Translations under genes and position numbers: made by a program
Assembly: GCA_963708135.1 (NCBI GenBank)
Contig: OY970192.1
Span: 2,176,001 to 2,240,000, forward strand
Origin: an uncultured Gemmatimonadales bacterium
GTDB lineage: Bacteria > Gemmatimonadota > Gemmatimonadetes > Longimicrobiales > RSA9
Reading direction: 5' to 3'
Length of the DNA stretch: 64,000 nucleotides
Part shown: positions 25,307-35,081 of the stretch, in pieces
How positions within the stretch are numbered: the stretch's first letter is position 1
Layout of the letters: each line of letters opens with the position of its first letter
The notes under the pieces: generated by a model
Database searches by the model: none
What the model saw: only the letters and a program-made list of their open reading frames with translations
What the model was told of the DNA's origin: nothing

Positions 25307-28057
25307 TTACCCCGTGGCGGCGCCGGTCGCGCCGAGCCCGGCGCGCGCCGGGCGGTGGGCCGGGTCGAAGCGCAGCACGCGCCGGAACGCACGCGCCGCG
25401 TCCTCCGCACGGCCGGCCTCCATCAGAAGCTGGCCCAGCCGCGTGAGCGCATCCAGCTGGCAGGGATCCACGGCGAGCAGGTCGGCCAGCACCGCCACGG
25501 CCGCGCGCGGGCCGCCGCGCAGGCGATCGAGCTCAGCCAGCTCGAGCGCCGCGTCGCCGTAGCTGGGCAACAGCTCGAGCGCGGCGCGCAGCTCGGCCTC
25601 CGACTCGGCGAGCCGGCCGTTCAGGCGCAGGATCCGGCCCAGCCGCGTGCGCGCGGCCACCGCCCCCGGGTCGAGCGCGACGGCGCCGCGGAGCGCCCGC
25701 TCGGCGCCCGCGCCGTCGCCCGCGGCGAGCCGCGCCGCGCCCAGGTCCGAGAGCCGCATCGCGTCCTCGGGCGCCACGGCGCTCGCCTGCTCGAGCAGGT
25801 CCACCGCTCGGGCGTGGTCCCCGGCCGCCGAGAGGATCCGGCCGAGCGTGCCGAGCGCGTCGGCCGAGTCCGGCGCCGCCCGGTGCAGGCGCTCGGCGTG
25901 GAGCCACGCCTCGTCCAGCCGGCCGAGGGTGAAGAGCGACTGTGCGGCGCCGCGAAGCGCATCGTGCTCCGCACCCTCCGGCGCCGGAACGCCTCCCTCC
26001 GGGAGCGCCTCCAGATAGGCCAGCGCCGCGCGAAACCGATCCACTGCCTCGCCGGCGAGCTGCCGGCGCAGAAAGATCTCGCCCTGGAGCAGCAGCAGCT
26101 CGAGCCGGTCCGCGCCCGCGCCCACCGCCCGCTGCGCCTCCGCGGACGCGCGCTCGAGCTCGCCCCGCTCGAGCGCGTCGCGCGCGGCCGCGAGCGCCTC
26201 GCCGGCCCCCTCGCCCGCGCCGCCCGCGGCGCGTCCGGCGCCGGCGCCGAGCTCGCCGAAGATGCCGTCCAGCGCCGCGGCGTCGAACTCGAAGCTCTCG
26301 ACCGCACCGCCCACCTCCACCCGCTCGGGCATGTCGAGCTCGGGCGCGAGGACGGAGGCCTCCTCGAACTGCAGGTCGATGAGCAGCCGGAAGCGGGGCG
26401 CCGGATAGTACGGGTCGAGCTCGAGCGCGAGCCGGGTCTCCCGCAGCGCGCCGTGGTAGTCGCCGAGCGCGGAAAGCGCGAAGGCGAGCTGGTAGCGCGC
26501 CTCCGCCAGCTCCGGATCCGCCTCCACCGCCCGCACGAGCGCCGCCCTGGCCTCGGCCGGGTGACGCGCCTCCAGCAGCACGGTCCCGAGGCCCGTCCAG
26601 GCCGTGGCGGACTCCGGGTCCAGATCCAGGGCACGGCGGTAGGCGGTCACCGCCCCGCGCGGATCGCCACCGCGCGCGAGGACGAGCCCGAGATTGCGCC
26701 AGATGTCGGCGGGCGCGCGCTCGCCCTCGAGCGCGCGCCGCAGCGCCCTCTCCGCCGCGCCGGCGTCGCCGCCGTGGTGCAACAGCACGCCAAGGTTGTT
26801 CCACGCGAGCGCGTAGTCCGGATCGAGCTCGAGCGCGCGGCGGTAGGCGGCGTCCGCCGCGTCCAGGTCACCCACGTGGTGCGCGGCCACGCCGCGCTCG
26901 TTCCACAGCTTGGGGCTGCCGGGCTCCTCCTCGCTCAGCCGGGTGTAGCGCTCGAGCGCCTCCTGCCCCTTGCCGCGCAGCAGCGCCATCTCCGCCTGCG
27001 CCTGTCCGACCAGGAGCGCGTCCTCGCCGCCGTCGAGAGCGAGCGTGAACTCCCGCGCCGCCTCGTCGAAGAGCGCCTTCTGGCGGAAGGCCAGGGCGAG
27101 GTTGTAGTGCGCGAGGGTGCCCTCGGCCAGCTCCGGCCGCCAGGTGCGGTCCCCCACCAGCTCCTCGTAGCGGGCCCGGCTGTAGCGGTCGAGCGAGAGG
27201 TTCCTCTCCGCCCGGGCGTAGCTCGGATTGAGCTCCTCGGCGGTGGCGGACGAGGCGGCGGCGCGGGCATCCTCGCCTACGTCGCCGTAGACGAACGCCA
27301 GCAGGTGATGGGCCTCCGCCAGCTCCGGCTCGAGCGCCACGGCGCGCTCCAGCGCCTCGCGCGCCTCCGCGGCGAGCCCCTGGTTGTAGAGCAGCTCGCC
27401 CAGGCGCAACTGGACGCGGGCGTCCTCCGGCGCCGCGCGCGCGGCCGCACCGAGCAGGGTGAGCGCGGCATCCAGCTCGCCGCGCATCGCCTCCGCGCGG
27501 GCGAGCGCGAGGCGGACCTCGACATCGTCCGGCTCGAGGCGGAGCAGGGCGCGCCATTCCCGGATCGCGGCGCCCGGATCGCCGGCGTAGAGGTAGGCGC
27601 GGGCGAGACGGGCGCGGCTGGCCCGGTCGTCGGGCGCGTCCTCCAGGCGCTGGCGCAGCTCGCCCACCAACTGCTCGAAGTACCCGGTGTGGAAGTAGGC
27701 GATCTGGAGGTTGCGCTCCGCGACCTGCATGCGCGGCTCCAGCTCGAGCGCGCGCTCGAACTCGGCGATCGCCTCCTCGAAGAGCCCCTTGTGGTAGTAG
27801 ACGACGCCGAGGTTGTTGTGCGCGCCCGCATCGTTCGCGTTGATGCGGCGGGCGAGCGCGCGCAGGATCTCCAGGTCGCGCTCGGAGCGGGGCGAGGGGC
27901 GCGCGGGCGGCGCCGCGGCGGAGAGAGCGGCAGGGAGCTCGGCGGCCGGCGCGTCGGCGCCGGCGGGCGCGGCCGAGGCCCGCGCGGGCGGGGGCGCCGG
28001 CGGCGGATCATCGAGCTCCCACGGCATGAGCTCGGACGGCGCCAGGGAGCGCTCCAT
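25307..28057 (-). CDS. Large multi-TPR protein
   Basis: Many TPR units (AHNNLGVVYY..G..EEAI..FERALELEP, AWNNLG, AYRRALDLDP) across about 900 aa; no TM seen. Confidence 0.9.
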   Translation of the reverse strand: MERSLAPSELMPWELDDPPPAPPPARASAAPAGADAPAAELPAALSAAAPPARPSPRSERDLEILRALARRINANDAGAHNNLGVVYYHKGLFEEAIAEFERALELEPRMQVAERNLQIAYFHTGYFEQLVGELRQRLEDAPDDRASRARLARAYLYAGDPGAAIREWRALLRLEPDDVEVRLALARAEAMRGELDAALTLLGAAARAAPEDARVQLRLGELLYNQGLAAEAREALERAVALEPELAEAHHLLAFVYGDVGEDARAAASSATAEELNPSYARAERNLSLDRYSRARYEELVGDRTWRPELAEGTLAHYNLALAFRQKALFDEAAREFTLALDGGEDALLVGQAQAEMALLRGKGQEALERYTRLSEEEPGSPKLWNERGVAAHHVGDLDAADAAYRRALELDPDYALAWNNLGVLLHHGGDAGAAERALRRALEGERAPADIWRNLGLVLARGGDPRGAVTAYRRALDLDPESATAWTGLGTVLLEARHPAEARAALVRAVEADPELAEARYQLAFALSALGDYHGALRETRLALELDPYYPAPRFRLLIDLQFEEASVLAPELDMPERVEVGGAVESFEFDAAALDGIFGELGAGAGRAAGGAGEGAGEALAAARDALERGELERASAEAQRAVGAGADRLELLLLQGEIFLRRQLAGEAVDRFRAALAYLEALPEGGVPAPEGAEHDALRGAAQSLFTLGRLDEAWLHAERLHRAAPDSADALGTLGRILSAAGDHARAVDLLEQASAVAPEDAMRLSDLGAARLAAGDGAGAERALRGAVALDPGAVAARTRLGRILRLNGRLAESEAELRAALELLPSYGDAALELAELDRLRGGPRAAVAVLADLLAVDPCQLDALTRLGQLLMEAGRAEDAARAFRRVLRFDPAHRPARAGLGATGAATG

Positions 28058-28059
28058 CG

Positions 28060-28683
28060 CTAGGCGAGGCGGAGCGCCTGGAGGAGCACGTCGAGCGAGA
28101 CGCGATCGGGCACGAGCAGGAAGTGCGCGCTCAGAGGCTCGCCCTCATCGGCCATGGAGAGCCGCGTGTCGATGCAGAGCACGTAGTCCTCGTTCTCGCC
28201 GAAGTTCAGGTACGCGCTGGTCAGCACGGCACCTGCCTGGTCGATGGCCATGGCCGGAACGGACATGAGGAGCAGCATGCCGAGGAACTCGGAGAGGGCG
28301 TTCAGGTAGGCGCCGACGAGGATGTTGCCGACCTCCTTGAGCACCGACTCCTCCATCTCAGCGAACGCCTCGGGGAACGGGATCGGCCCGCGCGCGAGCA
28401 GGATCTCCGCGAGCCGCTTCGCCGTCGCGGCCGGGAACACCTGCACGGTCCGGCCGGTCGCATCTCCGAGGACGCGCATGAGCACGGCGGCCACGGGCTG
28501 CGCGGGGTCCCCGAGCAGCTCCGCGATCTGCTCCAGCGGCACGATCCGGAGCTCCGGGGCGCGTACGCCGATGCGCCGGCTCGTCATCGTGGAGAGCGCC
28601 GTGGCGGCGTGACCCGCGCCAATGTTGGCCACCTCGCGCAAGCCGTCGAGCTGCAGATGGTCCAGCTCCCGGACGTCCTTCAT
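28060..28683 (-). CDS. cheC: CheY-P phosphatase
   Basis: Two D/S-x3-E-x2-N sites: DGLREVANIG and SVLKEVGNI. Confidence 0.93.
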   Translation of the reverse strand: MKDVRELDHLQLDGLREVANIGAGHAATALSTMTSRRIGVRAPELRIVPLEQIAELLGDPAQPVAAVLMRVLGDATGRTVQVFPAATAKRLAEILLARGPIPFPEAFAEMEESVLKEVGNILVGAYLNALSEFLGMLLLMSVPAMAIDQAGAVLTSAYLNFGENEDYVLCIDTRLSMADEGEPLSAHFLLVPDRVSLDVLLQALRLA

Positions 28684-28697
28684 CGGACCTTCCCCGC

Positions 28698-30584
28698 TCA
28701 GATCACGTTCATGGGATCCAGCACCAGCGCCGGCCGGCCGTCGGCCAGCAGCGTGACGCCGGAGAAGAAGGGGAGCGTTCCCACGGCGGGATCGAACCCC
28801 TTCACGACCACCTGCTCGCGCGCGACCAGCTCGTCCACGGCCAGCGCGGTGCGGCGCTCTCCGACCTCGGCGATGAGCGCCGCCTTCTCCCCGCCCCGGC
28901 CCGCCGGCGCCTCGAGCAGCTCGCTCAGACGGAGCAGCGGCACGACCTCGCCGCGCAACCGGAGGACCTCGCGGCCACGCACCCGGGCGAGCGAGCCGTC
29001 CAGCAGGTCCACCGCCTCCGAGACGTGCGTCATCGGCACCGCGTAGTCCTCACCCGCCACGCGCACGCGGAGCGCCGACGCCACGGCCAGCGTGATCGGC
29101 AGCCGCAGCGTGAAGGTGGAGCCCCCGCCAGGCGTGGTGCGGAGGTCAACGCTGCCGCCCAGCGCGCGCACCCGCTCTACCACGGCGTTCATGCCGACGC
29201 CGCGCCCGGAGACCTGCGTCACCTGGCGGGCCGTCGAGAGGCCCGGCAGCGCGAGCAGCCGGAGCAGCGCCTCCCCCGTGGCGGGCTCCGCCTCCTCCGG
29301 CCCGGCAAGCCCGAGCTCGCGCGCCCGCTCCACGACCCGGGCGGCGTCCACGCCGCGGCCGTCGTCGCGGACCCGGATCACCACCGTGGACTGCTCCCGG
29401 ACGGCGCTCAGCACGAGCAGGCCAGCGGCCGGCTTGCCGGCCGCCTCCCGCTCGGCCGCGCTCTCCAGCCCGTGATCGACGGCGTTCCGGAGCAGGTGCA
29501 CGAGCGGATCGGCGATCTCGTCCAGCACGGATCGGTCGAGCTCAATGTCGCGGCCCTCCAGGCGGAACTCGACCTGCTTCTCGAGCGCCCGGGCGGCATC
29601 CCGCACCATGCGCGGGAAGCGCTCGAGCACCTCGTCCACCGGGACCATGCGCATGGCGAGCGTGGTGCCCTGCAGCCCCTCGAGCAGGGCGCCGACCCGG
29701 TCGGCCAGGTCCGCCACCGGCCCCGGCTCCCCGTCCGTCAGCTCGCGCAGCCGCAGCGTCAGCACGGACAGCTCACCGATCCCGTCCGCCAGCGCGTCCA
29801 GGTGCCGCTGGTCCACGCGCAGGTGCCGCGAACGCGCCGCCTCCGCACGCCGCGCCGCCGCCCGCCGCGCCGCCGGTCCCTCGAAGGCGACGGACTCGAC
29901 GTCTCCCGCCAGCCGCACCGCGGACTCCACGGCCTGCGGATCCGGCGTCCCGGCCAGGAACAGGCGCAGCTCGCCGCCGAATCCCGCCGTCACGTCCTCG
30001 GGATCGCTGCCCAGCAACTCGGCCACACGGGCCACGTTCTGGCGCGCGATGAGCGCCCGCGCGGCAGGCAGCGGGGCGGCGGGGTCGATGCGCACCCGGA
30101 CCACCAGCGCCGTGCCCTCCGGGGGCGGAGCGGGGGGAGCGAGCGCCGCCGCCGCGGCGGCCGCCTCCGCGGCGAAGCGGGCGCCGCCGCGCCCGTGGGC
30201 CTCGGCACCGGCGTTGCCGGAGGCGATATCCCGCGGCGCAGCGGCCACCTGCGCCGCGTCCTCCGAATCCTCCGCCTCGCTGGCCTCGTCCACCGCATCG
30301 CGCAGCTCATCGGAGCGCCGGAGCAGCTCGTCGATCAGCGCGGCGTCCACGCGCGCGCCGCCGCGGATCCCCTCGAGCCGGTCCTCCAGCGCGTGTGCCA
30401 GCGCCGCAACCCGGGGGTAGCCCATGGTCGCGGCCATCCCCTTGATCGTGTGCGCGGCGCGGAACGCCTCCTCGACGCCCGCGACGCCGCCGGAGGACTC
30501 GACCAGCAGCAGCCCGTCCGAGAGCACGCGCAGGTGCTCGCGCGCCTCCGAGCGGTAGAGCTCGAGGTAGCGGCTCAGGTCCAC
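28698..30584 (-). CDS. cheA: Chemotaxis histidine kinase (Hpt, P2-like, dimerisation, HATPase and CheW domains)
   Basis: FRAAHTIKG, DPLVHLLRNAVDHG, DDGRG, SGRGVGM, LPITLA. Confidence 0.96.
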   Translation of the reverse strand: MDLSRYLELYRSEAREHLRVLSDGLLLVESSGGVAGVEEAFRAAHTIKGMAATMGYPRVAALAHALEDRLEGIRGGARVDAALIDELLRRSDELRDAVDEASEAEDSEDAAQVAAAPRDIASGNAGAEAHGRGGARFAAEAAAAAAALAPPAPPPEGTALVVRVRIDPAAPLPAARALIARQNVARVAELLGSDPEDVTAGFGGELRLFLAGTPDPQAVESAVRLAGDVESVAFEGPAARRAAARRAEAARSRHLRVDQRHLDALADGIGELSVLTLRLRELTDGEPGPVADLADRVGALLEGLQGTTLAMRMVPVDEVLERFPRMVRDAARALEKQVEFRLEGRDIELDRSVLDEIADPLVHLLRNAVDHGLESAAEREAAGKPAAGLLVLSAVREQSTVVIRVRDDGRGVDAARVVERARELGLAGPEEAEPATGEALLRLLALPGLSTARQVTQVSGRGVGMNAVVERVRALGGSVDLRTTPGGGSTFTLRLPITLAVASALRVRVAGEDYAVPMTHVSEAVDLLDGSLARVRGREVLRLRGEVVPLLRLSELLEAPAGRGGEKAALIAEVGERRTALAVDELVAREQVVVKGFDPAVGTLPFFSGVTLLADGRPALVLDPMNVI

Positions 30585-30642
30585 GCCGGCCCCCTCCGCC
30601 CCCGCGGCAGGCGCGCCGGGCAGGCGCCGGATCGGGCTCCGC

Positions 30643-31005
30643 TCACCCGAGCACCCGCTGCACGGCCTCGAGCACGCGCGATGGCTGGAACGGCTTGACC
30701 ACGAAGTCGCGGGCGCCCGCCTGGATCGCCTCCACCACGAGCGCCTGCTGGCCCATGGCGCTGCACATGAGGATCCTGGCCTCGGGGAAGTCCTTCACGA
30801 TCGCGCGTACCGCCTCGATCCCCCCCATGTCCGGCATGACGATGTCCATGGTGACGAGGTCCGGCAGCAGCTCGCGGTAGCGCTCCACCGCCTGCGCCCC
30901 CGTCTCGGCCTCGCCCACCACCTGCAGCCCGGCCTGCTTCAGGATCTGGCCCAGCATGGTGCGCATGAAGATCGCATCGTCGCAGATCAGTACCGTGCGT
31001 GCCAT
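30643..31005 (-). CDS. cheY: Single-domain response regulator, Firmicutes/Thermotoga-like CheY
   Basis: MARTVLICDDAIFMR, VTMDIVMP, MCSAMGQQ, FVVKPF. Confidence 0.95.
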   Translation of the reverse strand: MARTVLICDDAIFMRTMLGQILKQAGLQVVGEAETGAQAVERYRELLPDLVTMDIVMPDMGGIEAVRAIVKDFPEARILMCSAMGQQALVVEAIQAGARDFVVKPFQPSRVLEAVQRVLG

Positions 31006-31145
31006 TGCTCCCCCGGTCGTGAAGCGATTCCATACCGTCGAGCGGCCCCTTCGTCCGCGGCTCCGGCGGACCGGCGGCCCGGCGCCCGCCACTCGGCGGC
31101 CGGGCGCGCGCCGGTCTCGGCGAGCTCCCCTTGCGGCCCGACCGA

Positions 31146-31625
31146 TCAGCCCAGCAGCCGCGCCAGCAGCCGGTCCGGATCCACGGCCAGGAACGGCTGC
31201 TCCGCGAACGTGCCGATCCCGAGCACGTGCTCCTGCTCGATGTCCAGCGCGCGCAGCGTCTCGGCCCCGATCGGCAGGTCCGCCTCCGCGCTCGCCACGG
31301 CCAGCACCGCATCGACCGCCAGCCCCACCCACCGCTCCTCCCATTCGAGCAGCAGGAGCCGATGGTCCGCCATCCCACCGGACGGCCGGAGCGCCAGCGC
31401 GGCGCCGAAGTCGAGCACCGTGATGACCCGGCCGCGCAGCCCGACCAGCCCGCACACCGCCGGGCCGCAGCCCGGCAGGCGCGTGAACGGCCGCGGGGTC
31501 ACGATCTCGCGGACCCGCCAGAGCGGAATCGCGAAACGGTACCCGTCACAGGCGAACACCACCCATCGCGGCGCGGCCGCGAGGGCAGCGTCAGGCATCG
31601 CCGCGGCACTCGGAGTTGAAGCCAT
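31146..31625 (-). CDS. cheW: CheW coupling protein
   Basis: VVFACDGYRFAIPL..VREI, GLVGLRGRVITVLD, VGLAVDAV. Start could be 31625 or 31598. Confidence 0.9.
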   Translation of the reverse strand: MASTPSAAAMPDAALAAAPRWVVFACDGYRFAIPLWRVREIVTPRPFTRLPGCGPAVCGLVGLRGRVITVLDFGAALALRPSGGMADHRLLLLEWEERWVGLAVDAVLAVASAEADLPIGAETLRALDIEQEHVLGIGTFAEQPFLAVDPDRLLARLLG

Positions 31626-31670
31626 TGACTGTCCACGAACGCGGACGGGGAACCCGGGCTGGATCCGAGG

Positions 31671-31700
31671 AAGATAGTGCCCGGACGGGGGTTCGGTCAA
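31671..31700 (-). promoter_or_regulatory. Sigma70-like promoter for the che/mgl operon
   Basis: TTGACC - 18 nt - TATCTT, about 45 nt upstream of the cheW ATG. Confidence 0.6.
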
Positions 31701-31909
31701 TCGCGAGGCAGGACGGACGGGCTGCGGGCTGCGGGCTGCGGCCACGGGCCGCGGCACGCAGTACGGGTGCGCCGGTGGGCGTCATCGCAAGGGAGCGGAA
31801 CACAACCTGCGGTCGGCGCGCGCGGCTCCGGGACGGCGCGGCGGGATCGCGCCCGGGGAACGCCCTCCGGCAATCCCCGCACACCCCCTCGAAACGACGG
31901 CGCGAACGC

Positions 31910-33565
31910 ATGAAGCGCAGGATCTGCCTGAGCGCGCTCGTGGCGGGACTCGCTCTCGTCCGGGCGGGCCCGCTGCGGGGGCAATCGGCCGACACGACGC
32001 CCGAGCCGCTGCTGGCGCGCTTCGCCGTCGATCCGGCAGGGATCGACGCCGACTACGAGCGGCTCCTGGAGCTGCTCGGCCTGGCGCCGGCGCGGCCGTG
32101 GCTGATCGCGCGGGCCTCGGCGCCCGGGCGCGGGCTCGCGGCGGCGGCCGCGCGGAGCGGGCCGTGGCGGTCCTGGTTCTCGCGCCTCGCGCCCCCGCCC
32201 GGCGCGGCGGCCTTCCGGCTGCTGCCCGTCCGCGTGGCCGGGTACTGGAACTCCGCCTACCCGGTGAACGAGAACACTGGCGCGCTGTGGGCCGGCCGCG
32301 GGAGCTCGGCGGCCCTGGAGCTCGGGGCCTCCTTCCGCTACGGCCCGCTCACCGCCACGCTCGATCCGACCGTGGCCTACCAGGAGAACCGCGCGTTCAC
32401 CTTCGTCCCGGACGAGATCCCTGGCTACTCCGCCTACGCCTACCCGTGGCACGGGCCGACCATCGACTGGCCGCAGCGGTTCGGCCCGGCCTCGTTCTGG
32501 ACGGTGGATCCGGGCCAGAGCGCGCTGCGGCTGGACGCGCGCGGCGTCGCCATCGGGATCTCGACGGAGAACCTGTGGTGGGGCCCCGCACGCTACGATC
32601 CGCTGCTCATGAGCGCCACGGCGCCGGGGATCCCGCACGTCTTCATCGGGACGTCCCATCCGGTAAACATCGGCATCGGCCGGCTCGATGGACAGGCGCT
32701 GTGGGGACGCCTCCACGAGTCGAAGTACTTCGACGACGACGCCTCCAACGACCGGCGGCTCTTCTCCGGCATCGTGCTGGACCTCCAGCCGGAGCCCTTT
32801 CCCGGCCTCTACCTCGGCGGCGCCCGCACCTTCCTCGAGCCGCTCCCTCCCGGCGGCCGGGGACTCGGCCACCAGCTGCTGGATCCGCTCCTCGCCTCCC
32901 AGCGCGCGCAGGGGACGGCCACCAACCAGCTCGTGGAGCTGTTCGCCCGCTACGCGCCGCCGGGCTCCGGCCTCGAGGTCTACGCGGAGTGGGCCCGCCA
33001 GGACGGCTGGCCGAGCGCGAGCGAGCTGCTCCACCAGCCGGGCCAGGGGCAGGGATACACGCTCGGATTCCAGGACGTTGTGGCGCGCGGCGGGCGCTGG
33101 TACCGCCTCTACGGCGAGCTGACGCATCTCGGTCAGGCGCTGGCGCTGCGGAGCGGGCAGTTCGAGCGGACCTTCTATACGCACGGCGCCGCTCTCTCCT
33201 ACACGAACCGCGGCCAGCTCATCGGGGCGCCGATCGGGCCGGGCTCCCAGGCCGAGATCCTGGGAGGCGACGTCTTCTTCGGCCGCGGCCGCGCCGGCCT
33301 CGAGCTGCGCCGCATCCGCTACGACGACGACGCGTACTTCGCCAGGTTCGCGCCGCAGTACGACTTCCGCGGCCACGACACGGAATTCCGCGCCACCGCT
33401 CGCGCCGTCGCGCTGCTCGGCCCGTTCCAGGCGGGAGGGACGCTCACGTATGCCGGGCGCTACAGCCGCGGGTTCCTTGGGCTGACGGACGGGGTTCCCC
33501 CGACCCCGACCTGGTTCGAGCACTCCACGATGGCCACGCTCGAGCTGGTCTGGATCGCGCACTGA
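31910..33565 (+). CDS. Capsule-assembly Wzi-like outer-membrane protein
   Basis: Signal peptide; IDWPQRFG, STENLWWGP...LLMS.TAPG.PH, GQLIGAPIGPGS; beta-strand-rich sequence. Confidence 0.75.
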   Translation: MKRRICLSALVAGLALVRAGPLRGQSADTTPEPLLARFAVDPAGIDADYERLLELLGLAPARPWLIARASAPGRGLAAAAARSGPWRSWFSRLAPPPGAAAFRLLPVRVAGYWNSAYPVNENTGALWAGRGSSAALELGASFRYGPLTATLDPTVAYQENRAFTFVPDEIPGYSAYAYPWHGPTIDWPQRFGPASFWTVDPGQSALRLDARGVAIGISTENLWWGPARYDPLLMSATAPGIPHVFIGTSHPVNIGIGRLDGQALWGRLHESKYFDDDASNDRRLFSGIVLDLQPEPFPGLYLGGARTFLEPLPPGGRGLGHQLLDPLLASQRAQGTATNQLVELFARYAPPGSGLEVYAEWARQDGWPSASELLHQPGQGQGYTLGFQDVVARGGRWYRLYGELTHLGQALALRSGQFERTFYTHGAALSYTNRGQLIGAPIGPGSQAEILGGDVFFGRGRAGLELRRIRYDDDAYFARFAPQYDFRGHDTEFRATARAVALLGPFQAGGTLTYAGRYSRGFLGLTDGVPPTPTWFEHSTMATLELVWIAH

Positions 33566-33577
33566 GGCGACGCGGCG

Positions 33578-34558
33578 TCAGCCGCTCCCGTCCCGCGCCC
33601 ACTCCGCCACCCGGGCCAGGTCCGCCGGGAGTGGGCTCCGGAACCGCATCTGCTCGCCCGTCCGGGGGTGCGTGAAGCGCAGCTCGGCGGCATGCAGGAA
33701 CTGGCGCGGCGTGCGGGCGGCGAGCTCGCGGGCCCAGCCGCGCGCCGGCCCGCTCATCCCCCGCTCGGCGCCGCCGCCGTAGGTGCGGTCCCCGACCACC
33801 GGATGTCCGATCTGCATGAGATGCACGCGAATCTGGTGCGTGCGCCCGGTCTCGAGCTCGGCGCGGAGCAGGTCGGCGGCCGGCCAGCGCTCGATACGCC
33901 GGAAGCGGGTGACGGCGCGGCGCCCGGTCTCGGTGACGGCCATGCGCTTGCGGTCGGCGCTCGAGCGGCCGATCGGCGCGTCCACCTTCAGCTCGTCCTC
34001 CGACAGGTGGCCCCAGGCGGCGACCAGGTAGCGGCGACGCACCTCGCGCCGACGGAGCGCGTCGGAGAGCGCGCGGTGGGTCTCGTCGTTCTTGGCCACG
34101 ACGAGGAGCCCGGAGGTGTCCCGGTCGAGCCGGTGCACGATCCCCGGGCGCAGCACGCCGCCGATCCCGGAGAGGTCCTTCACGTGGTGGAGCAGCGCGT
34201 TCACCAGGGTGCCGGCGCGGTTGCCGGCGCCAGGGTGGATGACGAGGCCGGCAGGCTTGTCCACGACGAGGAGGTCCGCGTCCTCGTGGACGATGTCGAG
34301 CGGGATCGGCTCGGGAGCGAGCGTGGCCGGGGCCGGCGCGGGGATCTCGACCTCGACGTCGTCGCCTGCGGCGGGTCTCTCGCTCTTCTTCGGAGTACGG
34401 CCGTTCACGCGGATGCGGCCCTCGGCGAGCAGCTGGGCGATGCGGGAGCGGGACAGCTCCGGGATGCGCCGCGCGAGCCAGGCGTCCAGCCGCTCGCCGG
34501 CGTCGTTCTCCTCGACGCGCAGCCGCCGCGTGCCCGCCTCACCCGGGTGGGGGCCCAC
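33578..34558 (-). CDS. rluD: RluA/RluD-family pseudouridine synthase with S4 domain
   Basis: RLDAWL, KPAGLVIHP, HRLDRDTSG, TGRTHQIRVH, QFLHA. Confidence 0.93.
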   Translation of the reverse strand: MGPHPGEAGTRRLRVEENDAGERLDAWLARRIPELSRSRIAQLLAEGRIRVNGRTPKKSERPAAGDDVEVEIPAPAPATLAPEPIPLDIVHEDADLLVVDKPAGLVIHPGAGNRAGTLVNALLHHVKDLSGIGGVLRPGIVHRLDRDTSGLLVVAKNDETHRALSDALRRREVRRRYLVAAWGHLSEDELKVDAPIGRSSADRKRMAVTETGRRAVTRFRRIERWPAADLLRAELETGRTHQIRVHLMQIGHPVVGDRTYGGGAERGMSGPARGWARELAARTPRQFLHAAELRFTHPRTGEQMRFRSPLPADLARVAEWARDGSG

Positions 34559-35081
34559 TCTTCCGCTCCTCGTTCCACAGCGACAGGGCGAGGAGGATGG
34601 CGCCCGTGGTCACGGCGATGTCCGCCACGTTGAAGATCGGCCAGCGCAGGTTGCCCACGCCGACGTCCAGGAAGTCCACCACCCCGCGCGCCGAGCGCAC
34701 GCGGTCGAGCAGGTTGCCCACCGCCCCGCCGCAGATGAGCGAGATGGCGACGAGGCGCACGCGGTCGCCGATCGGCGTCGACCAGTACATGGCGGCGAGG
34801 GCCAGGAGCGCCACGGCGGAGAGCACGAGGAAGATCAGGCGGGAGTAGGGGCCCAGGTGGATGCCGAACGCGGCGCCCGGGTTCTGGATGTAGGTCAGCC
34901 GCAGGTACTCACCCACCACGTCCACCTGCTCGAACGGGCGGAACAGCCGCTGCACCATCATCTTGGTGAGGAAGTCGAGCACCGCGATGCCGCCCACGAT
35001 CCCCACGAAGAGCGGCACCTTCCCCGCGTTCCACGACCGCATCGCCTCGCCCTCACCGGTCAGGTCCGTCACCGTGCTCAT
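34539..35081 (-). CDS. lspA: Lipoprotein signal peptidase II
   Basis: NPGAAFG, GAVGNLLDR, VVDFL, FNVAD; ATGA overlap with the upstream gene. Confidence 0.95.
   Translation of the reverse strand: MSTVTDLTGEGEAMRSWNAGKVPLFVGIVGGIAVLDFLTKMMVQRLFRPFEQVDVVGEYLRLTYIQNPGAAFGIHLGPYSRLIFLVLSAVALLALAAMYWSTPIGDRVRLVAISLICGGAVGNLLDRVRSARGVVDFLDVGVGNLRWPIFNVADIAVTTGAILLALSLWNEERKSGPPPG

Noticed and set aside
23948..28063. 1371-aa plus-strand ORF, and similar long ORFs at 57134-60331, 47784-50618, 44324-46963 and 18298-20742
   Set aside because: Antisense shadows of well-supported genes, as expected at this GC content.
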